This document shows, piece by piece, positions 55,052-64,000 of a stretch of DNA of 64,000 nt. Below the pieces are notes generated by a model. That model did not search any database. It saw only the letters and a list, made by a program, of their open reading frames with translations, and was not told where the DNA came from. This DNA is from an uncultured Bacteroidota bacterium (GTDB lineage: Bacteria > Bacteroidota > Ignavibacteria > UBA10030 > UBA6906), in contig CAVOYH010000003.1 of assembly GCA_963700635.1 (NCBI GenBank), positions 1,860,014 through 1,924,013 on the forward strand. The letters run 5' to 3'. The first letter of the stretch is position 1, and each line of letters starts with the position of its first letter. The position numbers and the translations under genes were made by a program.

Positions 55052-56593
55052 ATGTCCCGATACGCACTCGCCCTTCTCAGCGTTAGCCTCTGGTTCATGA
55101 CGGCAACCGGGGGACTGCACGCTCAGAATACCGCCGGAAGATGGTCATTCGGCCTTTCCGGTGGGGTCAATTTGTGGGTCAACGACCTGAACCAGATGAA
55201 AATTGGACCGAGTGGCGAGATGAGTATCCGATATGGCATCTCTCCTTCATTTTCCCTCGGGCTTCTCGGGGGCCTTGAAGAGGTGAAATCAGGGCAGACG
55301 CCTCCGCTCCCCGACCTCGCCTACACCTATCTGAAGCTCAATGCCTATCCTGTGACGCTCACAGGGTGGATCCATCTGCTCCCCGGAGCGAATTTTTCTC
55401 CCTTCGTGCGGCTCGGCGGTGGCATGATGTTCTATCACCGGAAAACCGGGAACAACGCCCCCGCTCCCGATACCAAACTGAGAGGAACGCTCATCATTCC
55501 GGTGGGGGTGGGCTTTGAAGCGTTCACTTCCCGAAATTTCTCAGTGGTCCTTGACATCGGCGCCGCAAGCATCGGGAATGCCGTCGATCTACGCGATAAT
55601 TCTTCTCCTGATATGCTTCTCACAGCACGTGCGGGATTCCAATGGTATCCTGGATCGAGCGACGAGGAGGATGATGACGACGACGGCCTTAGCAATGGAC
55701 AGGAACGCAGACTCGGGACCAATCCTCGAAACCCCGATTCGGACGGCGACGGTTTGACCGACGGAGATGAGGTGAAACGGTATCGGACAAACCCCTTGCG
55801 TGTGGATTCCGACGGCGACGGGCTTTCTGACGGCGAGGAAATCAACAAGTACAAGACTGATCCCGCGCGGTTCGACTCCGATGGGGACGGGCTCTCCGAC
55901 GGCGATGAACTCCTCAAGTACAACACCGACCCCACACGGGTCGACACCGACGGCGATGGCCTCACCGATGGCGACGAAGTCACGCGACTCAAGACCGACC
56001 CCCTGAAAGTCGATACGGACGGGGACGGCCTCTCCGATTGGGACGAAGTGAAATCATACCGGACCGATCCGACGAATCCTGATACTGACGGGGACGGCAT
56101 TATTGACGGCGAGGAAGTCTCAAAATACAAGACGGACCCGAACAAGGCTGACACAGACGGCGGAGGACTCATCGACGGCGCGGAGGTTATCCGCGGCACC
56201 AATCCGCTCGATCCGCGTGACGATGTCATGAAGGATACGATCATCCTTGAACGCGGCAAATCCGTTGTCCTGCCCGGCATCAACTTCAGTTCGGGCAACG
56301 CCACACTCGACCGGGATTCGGAGGAAATGCTGGAGCGGGCATTTGCAGCCCTGGTCTCAAATCCGACAACGCGTGTGGAAATCGCCGGCTATACGGACAA
56401 CGTCGGCTCCCGCATCAACAATGAACGGTTGTCACTGAGCAGGGCAGACGCAGTCCGCGCCTGGCTCATCGCCAAAGGAATCGCGGCGTCGCGTTTGTCG
56501 GCCAGAGGATACGGGATGCGCGACCCGATTGACACCAATCTGACCCCCGAAGGGCGCGCCCGTAACCGTCGGATTGAATTTCACGTACGATAG
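55052..56593 (+). CDS. OmpA-family protein: N-terminal beta-barrel, Ca-binding Asp-rich repeats, C-terminal peptidoglycan-binding domain
   Basis: Signal peptide and barrel. D.DGDG repeats. IAGYTD.VG...N..LS..RA.AV and NRRIEF motifs. Confidence 0.93.
   Translation: MSRYALALLSVSLWFMTATGGLHAQNTAGRWSFGLSGGVNLWVNDLNQMKIGPSGEMSIRYGISPSFSLGLLGGLEEVKSGQTPPLPDLAYTYLKLNAYPVTLTGWIHLLPGANFSPFVRLGGGMMFYHRKTGNNAPAPDTKLRGTLIIPVGVGFEAFTSRNFSVVLDIGAASIGNAVDLRDNSSPDMLLTARAGFQWYPGSSDEEDDDDDGLSNGQERRLGTNPRNPDSDGDGLTDGDEVKRYRTNPLRVDSDGDGLSDGEEINKYKTDPARFDSDGDGLSDGDELLKYNTDPTRVDTDGDGLTDGDEVTRLKTDPLKVDTDGDGLSDWDEVKSYRTDPTNPDTDGDGIIDGEEVSKYKTDPNKADTDGGGLIDGAEVIRGTNPLDPRDDVMKDTIILERGKSVVLPGINFSSGNATLDRDSEEMLERAFAALVSNPTTRVEIAGYTDNVGSRINNERLSLSRADAVRAWLIAKGIAASRLSARGYGMRDPIDTNLTPEGRARNRRIEFHVR
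55670..56224 (+). repeat. Eight tandem ~69-bp (23-aa) Asp-rich repeats, D(S/T)DGDGLxDGxEvxxyxTdPxxx (thrombospondin-3-like, Ca-binding)
   Basis: Directly visible in the translation and the DNA (repeated GACGGCGAC/GACGGGGAC). Confidence 0.9.
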
Positions 56594-56602
56594 CGGTGGA
56601 TT

Positions 56603-56631
56603 TTGACTTTATCACGCCGTTTTGGTACGTT
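56603..56631 (+). promoter_or_regulatory. Putative sigma70 promoter of the psd-pssA-purSQ-tat-gatA operon
   Basis: TTGACT-17 bp-TACGTT with an extended -10 TG. Confidence 0.6.
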
Positions 56632-56681
56632 AAGAGAATGGAACACATTCTGTACCCCGAACTCCCGCAAGGAACGCGGGC

Positions 56682-57341
56682 GTGATCACCCGATACGGCT
56701 ATGATGTCGTCGTGGTGGTTCTGGCTCTTTCCCTCGTGGGCATCCTGGCAGCCTGGGTGCTGGTGGATGCCCGGATCCTGAAGACGATTCTGATCCTTCT
56801 CCTGGCTGCGTCCCTGGCATTCACCCTCTATTTCTTCCGCGACCCGGAGCGGCAAACGCCGGATGGGGCTCAACTGATCATCGCCCCGGCTGACGGCAAA
56901 GTGGTGCTCGTGAGCGAGACCAGGGAAGACGAGTTTCTGCACGGAGAGGCAGTCCAGGTCAGCATTTTCATGTCACCGCTCAATGTTCACGTGAACAGGT
57001 ATCCGGTCACCGGCATTGTCCGGTTCTTCCGCCACGTCCCCGGCGAGTACCTTGTGGCGTTTGACGAAAAGTCGTCGCTGCGCAACGAGCGGACGTTGAT
57101 CGGCATTGAGCATGCCGGAGGGAAGATCCTGTTCAAACAGATTGCGGGGTTTATCGCCCGCAGAATTGTCGCCCCGATCGAGATCGGGGATTCGGCCGTA
57201 GCCGGCAAACGCTTTGGCATGATCAAGTTCGGTTCGCGTGTGGATGTCCTGATGCCCCGCGGGATCGAGCTTCGTGTGCGGCCCGGGGACAGGACCGTAG
57301 CGGGTGAAACGGTGCTGGCTGTGATTCCCCAGAACGGATGA
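56682..57341 (+). CDS. psd: Phosphatidylserine decarboxylase proenzyme
   Basis: FFRDPER, APADGKV, IFMSPLNVHVNR and IKFGSRVD (GS cleavage site). Confidence 0.95.
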   Translation: MITRYGYDVVVVVLALSLVGILAAWVLVDARILKTILILLLAASLAFTLYFFRDPERQTPDGAQLIIAPADGKVVLVSETREDEFLHGEAVQVSIFMSPLNVHVNRYPVTGIVRFFRHVPGEYLVAFDEKSSLRNERTLIGIEHAGGKILFKQIAGFIARRIVAPIEIGDSAVAGKRFGMIKFGSRVDVLMPRGIELRVRPGDRTVAGETVLAVIPQNG

Positions 57342-57345
57342 ACGG

Positions 57346-58113
57346 ATGAAAATTACGCGTGCAGTCGTCCCGAGCCTGTTCACGGTGCTGAACATGTTCT
57401 CGGGATTCATGTCCATCATCCACGCCAGCAAAGGGGAATTCCTCCCAGCAGCGTGGTTCATCATCCTGGCGGCCGGTTTCGATTCGCTCGACGGCGTGAT
57501 GGCCCGGATCACCAAATCCACGTCGCAGTTCGGAGTGGAGATCGACTCCCTGTCCGATGTCGTCTCGTTCGGCGCGGCGCCGGCCTTCCTGGTGTACCAG
57601 TTTGCGCTCGTCTCCCTCGATGGTTTCGGAATTTTTCTGAGCTCACTGGTGATGATCTTTGCCGGGCTCCGTCTGGCACGGTTCAACACGCAGCTGGTAG
57701 GGTTCGACAAGGACCACTTTCTCGGGCTCCCCGTTCCCGCTAGCGCCATCACGATTGCATCGTTCGTCCTGAACGTGGTGAATGGCGTCGATGGATTTGT
57801 CGGCAGGGGCCCTGACGTGCTCCCCTGGCTCTGTGTGGTTCTGTCGCTGCTGATGGTGAGCAAGGTCCGGTATGATACCCTACCGAAGATCTCGCGGCGC
57901 GCCATCAGAAAGGAACCCTGGAAGTTTGTCTTTGGTGCGCTGGCCATCGTGGTCGTGGGCGCGACGGGAGGGAACGCGATCTTCCCCCTCCTCGTGGTCT
58001 TTGTCGTCCTCGGTATGGTCCGCTCCGTGATTGCCATAGTGAAGCGGATGCTCCATGTCGGTCCGACTTTTGATGATGAAGAACAGGTCGGCCATTCACG
58101 CGTGGATACCTGA
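57346..58113 (+). CDS. pssA: CDP-diacylglycerol--serine O-phosphatidyltransferase
   Basis: DSLDG.MAR...S.FG.E.DSL.D..SFG.AP and RLARFN motifs. Adjacent to psd. Confidence 0.93.
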   Translation: MKITRAVVPSLFTVLNMFSGFMSIIHASKGEFLPAAWFIILAAGFDSLDGVMARITKSTSQFGVEIDSLSDVVSFGAAPAFLVYQFALVSLDGFGIFLSSLVMIFAGLRLARFNTQLVGFDKDHFLGLPVPASAITIASFVLNVVNGVDGFVGRGPDVLPWLCVVLSLLMVSKVRYDTLPKISRRAIRKEPWKFVFGALAIVVVGATGGNAIFPLLVVFVVLGMVRSVIAIVKRMLHVGPTFDDEEQVGHSRVDT

Positions 58114-58128
58114 ACGGAAGGAAACGTT

Positions 58129-58380
58129 GTGCTGCGAGCGCGAATTCAGATCACCTTGCGTCCATCCATACTCGATCCCCAGGGGAAAGCCGTTGCCCAC
58201 GCCGTGGGATCTCTCGGCGTCACCGGCGTGCAGGATGTACGGATGGGAAAATACGTGGAAGTGACGTTCAACGGTCTCACGGAAACCGAGGCACGGAAAG
58301 CGACGGAAGAAATGTGCACGAAACTCCTTGCCAATCCCGTTATGGAAGACTACCGGTTTGTGCTGGAGAACGAAGAATGA
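58129..58380 (+). CDS. purS: Phosphoribosylformylglycinamidine synthase subunit PurS
   Basis: [14 protein letters not shown] and [10 protein letters not shown] motifs. Confidence 0.96.
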   Translation: MLRARIQITLRPSILDPQGKAVAHAVGSLGVTGVQDVRMGKYVEVTFNGLTETEARKATEEMCTKLLANPVMEDYRFVLENEE

Positions 58381-59144
58381 CGCAGCAACAGGTCCGATTC
58401 GGGGTGGTGGTGTTCCCTGGATCCAATTGTGACTACGATGCGTATTACGCAGTTCGCAAGCTTCTGGGGCATGATGCACAGTTCCTCTGGCATAAAGATG
58501 CCGACCTGCACGGAGTGGACGTCGTCGTTTTGCCGGGAGGTTTTTCCTATGGCGACTACCTCCGGTGCGGCGCGATCGCACGCTTTTCCCCCGTGATGCG
58601 CGAAGTGACCCGGTTCGCGGAGGAGGGCGGGATCGTCATTGGCATCTGCAATGGCTTCCAGATCCTTCTCGAAGCGGGGCTCCTGCCTGGAGTCCTTCTG
58701 AGGAACTCGTCGTTGCGATTCGTGTGCAGGATGGTCCGTGTCCGAGTGGAGAATCCGTTTACTCCGTTCACAGGCACCTGCGCGCAGGGAGACGTGCTTG
58801 CCCTGCCTGTTGCCCACGGCGACGGAAACTACTTTGCGGATGCAGAAACCATCCGTCAGCTTGAGGAGCGGCAGCAGGTTGTGTTTCGTTACTGCGATGA
58901 CCAGGGTGCCATAGCGCCGGATGCCAACCCGAACGGCTCGCTGTCCGGTATCGCTGGAATCGTGAACGAACGCGGGAATGTGCTCGGGATGATGCCCCAT
59001 CCTGAACGGGCAGTGGATCCACTGCTCGGTTTGACTGACGGGCGGAAGATTTTTGATGCAGTTCTCGAACATGTCCTCTCCCGCGTTGCGCCAACCGCAT
59101 ACCGGGCGGAGGGATCGGTGGTTATGGAACACCTGAGGAGATAG
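58377..59144 (+). CDS. purQ: Phosphoribosylformylglycinamidine synthase subunit PurQ
   Basis: [25 protein letters not shown] and GMMPHPER motifs. Confidence 0.96.
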   Translation: MTQQQVRFGVVVFPGSNCDYDAYYAVRKLLGHDAQFLWHKDADLHGVDVVVLPGGFSYGDYLRCGAIARFSPVMREVTRFAEEGGIVIGICNGFQILLEAGLLPGVLLRNSSLRFVCRMVRVRVENPFTPFTGTCAQGDVLALPVAHGDGNYFADAETIRQLEERQQVVFRYCDDQGAIAPDANPNGSLSGIAGIVNERGNVLGMMPHPERAVDPLLGLTDGRKIFDAVLEHVLSRVAPTAYRAEGSVVMEHLRR

Positions 59145-59149
59145 CACCA

Positions 59150-59350
59150 ATGGGAAACATCGGCACAACGGAAATCCTGCTTATCGTCCTGGTTATCGTG
59201 ATCTTTTTCGGAGCGCGAAAAATTCCCGAACTCGCCCAGGGTCTTGGAAAAGGCATCCGGGAGTTCCGGAAAGCTGCCAAGGACATCCAGGACGATATCG
59301 AGACCGATACCAAGAAGATCGACAGTACCAAGTCTGACCCGAAAGGATAA
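59150..59350 (+). CDS. tatA: Twin-arginine translocase TatA
   Basis: EILLI...FFGARKIPELAQGLGKGIREFRKA. Confidence 0.92.
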   Translation: MGNIGTTEILLIVLVIVIFFGARKIPELAQGLGKGIREFRKAAKDIQDDIETDTKKIDSTKSDPKG

Positions 59351-59355
59351 GAGCT

Positions 59356-59538
59356 GTGTTGTTCGACAACATCGGCGGCTCCGAGCTCCTGGTCATCATG
59401 CTTGTGCTGTTCATCTTCTTCGGTCCGAAGAAGCTGCCCGAGGTGGGGAAGAACCTCGGCAAAGCGATGCGGGAGTTCAAGAATGCCATGCGCGGCGTAA
59501 AGGAAGACCTGGAACGATCCACCCGGATCGATCCATGA
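59356..59538 (+). CDS. Twin-arginine translocase TatA/TatB family subunit
   Basis: FDNIGGSELLVI...FGPKKLPEVGKNLGKAMREFK. Confidence 0.88.
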   Translation: MLFDNIGGSELLVIMLVLFIFFGPKKLPEVGKNLGKAMREFKNAMRGVKEDLERSTRIDP

Positions 59539-61004
59539 CTGCAGTTCCCCATTCCTACGCGGATGTACGAGCCTTACTCGAGACCGGCGGGGCGTCGTGC
59601 GAAACGATCACCGATGCCCTGCTCGGGGCTATCCATGATCAGAAGCATCTGAATGCATTCCTGGAAGTGTACGACCAGCGCGCCCGCGCCCGGGCGCGGG
59701 CAGTTGATCGCAAGCTGGCCGACGGGAACGCTGGTCCGCTTGCAGGGATGGTTATTGCCATCAAAGACGTTCTCTGCATGAAACAGGAGCGGGTGACCTG
59801 TGCGTCTCGTATGCTCCAGGATTTCGTGGCTCTGTATGATGCAACGGTGATCGAGCGGCTCGAAGCGGCCGATGCCATCCTCATCGGCAAAACGAACCTC
59901 GATGAGTTTGCCATGGGGTCCTCCACCGAAAATTCTGCGTTCGGCCCCGTCCTGAATCCCCTGGATACGACCCGTGTCCCCGGTGGATCCAGCGGCGGCT
60001 CCTGCGTGGCTGTGGCAGGAGGGATGGCCCACGCAGCCCTGGGAACTGACACAGGGGGATCCATTCGACAGCCTGCAGCCTTCTGTGGGATTGTTGGCCT
60101 GAAGCCGACCTATGGCCGGGTTTCACGCTACGGTCTGATAGCTCTCTCTTCGTCGTTTGATCAGATCGGTCCCTTCACGACTACCGTCAGCGACGCGGCG
60201 CGCGTCCTCCAGATCATCGCCGGGCATGACGAGCGCGACTCAACCTCCGCCACGGTGCCGGTGCCCGATTATCTGGCCGCCCTCCACGGCGACGTCCGCG
60301 GCATGCGATTTGGCCTCCCGCGGCAGGCGTTCGCCGAAGGACTGCACCCGGAAGTCCGCGAGGCTATCGAAAAAACCGTGGACGTGCTGCGGGCTGAAGG
60401 GGCCCTCGTCTCGACAGTCGATCTGCCCCATGCACGCTATCATGTGGCAACGTACTATATCCTGATGACGGCTGAGGCGTCATCAAACCTCGCGCGGTAC
60501 GACGGCGCCCGGTATGGATACCGCGCGCGTGATGCGCGTGACCTCGCAGACCTGTATGTGCGCTCGCGAAGCGAAGGATTCGGCCCCGAAGTGAAACGGA
60601 GAATCATGCTGGGAACGTACGTGCTCTCGGCGGGATACTATGATGCGTACTACCGCAAAGCGCAAAAAGTCCGCCGGCTGATCCAGGATGATTTCTTCAC
60701 GGCGCTCGGGAGCGTGGATTGCCTGCTGATGCCGACGACGCCGACCACCGCCTTCCGCCACGGGGAGAAAATTGATGACCCCCTGACGATGTATCTTTCC
60801 GATGTCTACACCGTCTCGGCGAATCTTGCCGGGGTTCCGGCAATCAGTATTCCCTGCGGGCGCGATCGTGCGGGACTTCCTATCGGCCTCCAGCTGATCG
60901 GGAAACAGTTTGACGAAGCGACGATCCTGAACGCCGCGTCTGCGATCGAGCGAATTGTCCCGGCCGCCGCCGCCGGAAGCACCAGAGACGAGTTTCGTTC
61001 CTAA
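59535..61004 (+). CDS. gatA: Asp/Glu-tRNA amidotransferase subunit A
   Basis: GKTNLDEFAMGSSTENS, PGGSSGGS, GTDTGGSIRQPA, EASSNLARYDG and EVKRRIMLGTYVLS motifs. Confidence 0.97.
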   Translation: MTAVPHSYADVRALLETGGASCETITDALLGAIHDQKHLNAFLEVYDQRARARARAVDRKLADGNAGPLAGMVIAIKDVLCMKQERVTCASRMLQDFVALYDATVIERLEAADAILIGKTNLDEFAMGSSTENSAFGPVLNPLDTTRVPGGSSGGSCVAVAGGMAHAALGTDTGGSIRQPAAFCGIVGLKPTYGRVSRYGLIALSSSFDQIGPFTTTVSDAARVLQIIAGHDERDSTSATVPVPDYLAALHGDVRGMRFGLPRQAFAEGLHPEVREAIEKTVDVLRAEGALVSTVDLPHARYHVATYYILMTAEASSNLARYDGARYGYRARDARDLADLYVRSRSEGFGPEVKRRIMLGTYVLSAGYYDAYYRKAQKVRRLIQDDFFTALGSVDCLLMPTTPTTAFRHGEKIDDPLTMYLSDVYTVSANLAGVPAISIPCGRDRAGLPIGLQLIGKQFDEATILNAASAIERIVPAAAAGSTRDEFRS

Positions 61005-61037
61005 ATTCCTTACTCACCACTCTTCATATGACACCCT

Positions 61038-62060
61038 ATGAGCATTCTTGTTGACAAGCGCACCCGCCTCGTGGTCCAGGGGATCACCGGAGGTGAAGGA
61101 ACGTTCCATACACGGCAGATGATGGACTATGGCACCAAGGTGGTTGCGGGCGTCACCCCGGGCAAGGGGGGCTCGCAGTACAAAGGGACCGACGCCGAGC
61201 CGTTCTCGAAGCCGGTGCCTGTGTATAATACCGTCGCCGACGCAGTCCGCGCCACGAAAGCCAACACCTCCGTGATATTCGTTCCGGCGGCATTCGCGGC
61301 AGACGCCATCGTCGAAGCCGCTGATGCAGGGATCGCGGTTGTCGTCTGTATCACTGAAGGGATCCCCACGCGTGACATGCTTGCGGCATACGACTATGTC
61401 CTCACGCGGGGGGTGCGATTGATCGGTCCCAACTGCCCCGGAATAATCTCGCCGGGCCTCTGCAAAGTCGGGATCATGCCCGGTTTCATCCACAAGAAGG
61501 GGACGATCGGAGTCATCTCGCGCAGTGGCACGCTGACCTATGAGGCGGTCTGGCAGCTGACAGAACGCGGAATCGGCCAGTCGACCTGCATCGGGATCGG
61601 CGGCGACCCGGTGATCGGGACCCGATTCATCGATGCACTCCGGCTCTTCAATGACGATCCGGGGACCGAGGGGGTGATCATGATCGGGGAGATCGGCGGT
61701 ACGGCAGAGGAAGAGGCAGCCGACTATGTCAGAAAAGAGATGAAGAAGCCCGTCGTCGGTTTTATCGCCGGGCGCACAGCCCCTCCCGGACGACGCATGG
61801 GTCATGCGGGGGCGATCATCTCCGGGGGAAAGGGAACCGCGCAGGAGAAGATGGCGGCGATGCGCAAAGCCGGTATTCACGTTGTCGAAAATCCCGCCCT
61901 TCTCGGGGAAACGATGGCGCGCGTGCTGGCGAAGACCGCTGGTACGAAACCCTCGCCTGCACGGCGGAAACCTGTGCGTCGGACAAGCCGCGGTTCCGCG
62001 ACCCGGCGCGTGGCAAAACGATCGATCCGGGGACGTTCGACCAGAAAAAAAAGCCGTTGA
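61038..62060 (+). CDS. sucD: Succinate--CoA ligase alpha subunit, with a basic C-terminal extension
   Basis: [30 protein letters not shown] and RMGHAGA (phospho-His) motifs. Confidence 0.97.
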   Translation: MSILVDKRTRLVVQGITGGEGTFHTRQMMDYGTKVVAGVTPGKGGSQYKGTDAEPFSKPVPVYNTVADAVRATKANTSVIFVPAAFAADAIVEAADAGIAVVVCITEGIPTRDMLAAYDYVLTRGVRLIGPNCPGIISPGLCKVGIMPGFIHKKGTIGVISRSGTLTYEAVWQLTERGIGQSTCIGIGGDPVIGTRFIDALRLFNDDPGTEGVIMIGEIGGTAEEEAADYVRKEMKKPVVGFIAGRTAPPGRRMGHAGAIISGGKGTAQEKMAAMRKAGIHVVENPALLGETMARVLAKTAGTKPSPARRKPVRRTSRGSATRRVAKRSIRGRSTRKKSR

Positions 62061-62096
62061 CAATCAACAGATCGCAAACCCTGGACCTCAGACCCT

Positions 62097-62525
62097 ATGT
62101 CCCGTGAACGTACTCTCGCCATTCTCAAACCCGATTGTGTCCGCAAGAACCTCCAGGGCGACGTCCTCGCCCGGATCCAGAAGGCCGGCTTCACCGTGCT
62201 CGGCTTCAAAATGATCAGGCTGAGCCCCATCGCCGCCGGCGCCTTCTATGCCGTCCACGCAGGAAAGCCGTTCTATCAGGGTCTCGTGGATTTCATGTCG
62301 GGCGGTGCTTGTGTCCCTGTTGCCCTGGAAAAAGAAAACGCCGTCGCTGATTTCCGCGCACTCATCGGGGCAACAGACCCAAAGGACGCACAACCGGGAA
62401 CGATCCGGAAATTGTACGCCGACAGCAAAGGGGAAAATATCGTCCATGGCTCCGATTCGGCAGAGAACGGCATGATCGAGGTGGCCTTCTTCTTCTCCGA
62501 ACGCGAACTTTCCGAGAACCGGTAG
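62097..62525 (+). CDS. ndk: Nucleoside-diphosphate kinase
   Basis: [28 protein letters not shown] and NIVHGSDS motifs. Confidence 0.97.
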   Translation: MSRERTLAILKPDCVRKNLQGDVLARIQKAGFTVLGFKMIRLSPIAAGAFYAVHAGKPFYQGLVDFMSGGACVPVALEKENAVADFRALIGATDPKDAQPGTIRKLYADSKGENIVHGSDSAENGMIEVAFFFSERELSENR

Positions 62526-63064
62526 TGGGGCTCACCCCCTGGAAAACCCTCTCCCGGCACGTCCAGTTCAGGAATCCCTGGTGGTCGTACGGGAGAGACA
62601 TGGTTGAGCTGCCCAGTGGTAAGGAAGGGGAGTATCACTACGTGCACTCGCTGGGATCGGCCTGTGTGGTTCCGGTGATGCCCGATGAGTCCGTACTCCT
62701 CGTCAATCAGTACCGCTACCTGGGGCAGAGGGAGAGTCTGGAATTCCCATGCGGCGCCGTGAAAGAAGGCTCAAGCCACGACGAAACCGCATGGCATGAA
62801 CTTGCCGAAGAAACCGGTTACTCAGCCCGTACACTCTTGATGGCAGGGGCGTTCAATCCCTACAACGGGGTCACCGACGAGATGTGCCACGTGTATGTCG
62901 CCCGCGACCTTCGTCATGTCGGTGCGACGCCCGACGAGACCGAGCAATTCGAACTGGTGCGGCTCCGTTCCGAAGAAATTGATGCGCGAATCGCCAGCGG
63001 AGAGCTGTGGGATGGCATGAGCATTGCCGCCTGGCATATCGTGCGCAGCAAACACCTCCTCTGA
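62525..63064 (+). CDS. NUDIX hydrolase (ADP-ribose pyrophosphatase-like)
   Basis: LVNQYRY and a Nudix box LEFPCG...AWHELAEETG. Confidence 0.9.
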   Translation: MGLTPWKTLSRHVQFRNPWWSYGRDMVELPSGKEGEYHYVHSLGSACVVPVMPDESVLLVNQYRYLGQRESLEFPCGAVKEGSSHDETAWHELAEETGYSARTLLMAGAFNPYNGVTDEMCHVYVARDLRHVGATPDETEQFELVRLRSEEIDARIASGELWDGMSIAAWHIVRSKHLL

Positions 63065-63081
63065 TCATGCACAGGGACGCC

Positions 63082-63918
63082 ATGACAAACAGGCTGAAGA
63101 GCGTTGTGCCCCGGCCGATCTGGATGTCCCTCCGAAAAGTGTACTATCTCCCCCGGGACTTCTGGGATCGTCTGCGGGGAAAACGGAGCGCCCTCACGCC
63201 ACCGTCACGAATGGTGACGACAATCGGAGGCGGGGACTTCACCAAGGTGGGCATGGAGTTCCTTGATTTGTTCGTGCAACTCGGCAACCTCGCCCCCCAT
63301 GAGACGGTGCTGGACGTCGGCTGCGGCGTCGGGCGGATGGCTCTTCCACTCGCCGGGTACCTGAATCAACAGGGACAGTACGAGGGGTTCGACATTGCTG
63401 CGGATGAAATCCGCTGGTGCCAGAAGCACATCACCCCGCGCTTCCCTAACTTCCACTTTCAAACGTCGGATGTCTACAACACGGTCTACAATCCGACCGG
63501 CACGACGCCGGCACGTGCCTACCGTTTTCCGTTTTCCGACGCGACATTCGATTTTGTCTTCCTGACATCGGTCTTCACGCACATGCTCCCGGCGGATCTG
63601 GAGCGGTATTGTGCTGAAATTGCACGAGTGACCAAACCGGGAGGGCGATCGTTCATCACGTATTTCCTGCTCACGCCGGAGTCACGCCGGCTCATGGACG
63701 AAAAGAGGAGTTCCCTCGACTTCTCTCATGCACTGGATGGGTGTTGGACGACCGACCCCGCCGCACCAGAAGCGGCCCTGGCCTATCCCGAAGAAACTGT
63801 CCGGCAGCTGTACAGGCGGCACGGGATCACCGTAGAGGCAGTACGCTTCGGTTCCTGGTGCGGCCGCAGCGGCGGGACGACGTATCAGGATATCGTTCTC
63901 GGGTCGAAAGATTTATGA
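63082..63918 (+). CDS. Class I SAM-dependent methyltransferase
   Basis: VLDVGCGVGR, FDFVFLTSVFTH and RVTKPGG motifs. Alternative start at 63067. Confidence 0.9.
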   Translation: MTNRLKSVVPRPIWMSLRKVYYLPRDFWDRLRGKRSALTPPSRMVTTIGGGDFTKVGMEFLDLFVQLGNLAPHETVLDVGCGVGRMALPLAGYLNQQGQYEGFDIAADEIRWCQKHITPRFPNFHFQTSDVYNTVYNPTGTTPARAYRFPFSDATFDFVFLTSVFTHMLPADLERYCAEIARVTKPGGRSFITYFLLTPESRRLMDEKRSSLDFSHALDGCWTTDPAAPEAALAYPEETVRQLYRRHGITVEAVRFGSWCGRSGGTTYQDIVLGSKDL

Positions 63919-64000
63919 GGCGCACGGGCACGAAAGCATGGACCGTCATCCTGATTGTTCTCAGTGTCTCTCTTACCAGAGCGGGGACTCCCGTGCATAC
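63915..64000 (+). CDS. Start of a secreted protein (truncated by window end)
   Basis: ATGA overlap. MRRTGTKAWTVILIVLSVSLTRAG looks like a signal peptide. Confidence 0.5.
   Translation, partial: MRRTGTKAWTVILIVLSVSLTRAGTPVH

Noticed and set aside
55670-56224. Regularly spaced ~69-bp repeats as a CRISPR array
   Set aside because: The repeats are in-frame, degenerate at third codon positions and encode protein. No cas genes are present.

Overview
This is a GC-rich (roughly 60% by eye), gene-dense chromosomal segment. It probably comes from an Ignavibacteria/UBA10030-like member of the Bacteroidota-Chlorobi supergroup. That is an inference from the 'QNYPNPFNP'-type T9SS C-terminal domains, a PorV gene, canonical sigma70 -35/-10 promoters with Shine-Dalgarno sites, and split purS/purQ and sucD genes. 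From left to right it holds: (1) a sugar-catabolism operon (heparinase II/III-like protein, six-hairpin glycosidase, Na+/solute symporter, C-N hydrolase, SDR, GH88-like); (2) a convergent corrinoid methyl-transfer cluster (three URO-D/MtaA-family proteins, corrinoid protein, homocysteine methyltransferase, DUF1638, RACE/RamA activator) with no folate-binding subunit; (3) a LytS/LytTR system with two regulators, one with a degenerate receiver, and a shared direct-repeat motif in front of the kinase promoter and the promoter of a TonB receptor - T9SS cargo - PorV operon, whose cargo gene has a +1 frameshift; (4) a double-HTH regulator, a LolA-like/ABC exporter operon, an amidase-like lipoprotein, a second TonB receptor, an FHA-lytic transglycosylase fusion, a rhamnulokinase, a CocE-type hydrolase and a glycosyltransferase; (5) tRNA-Glu and tRNA-Gln, outer-membrane proteins, and housekeeping genes psd, pssA, purS, purQ, two tatA-like genes, gatA, sucD and ndk. 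No CRISPR array, integrase or transposase was seen. All family calls come from motif recognition by eye, not database searches.
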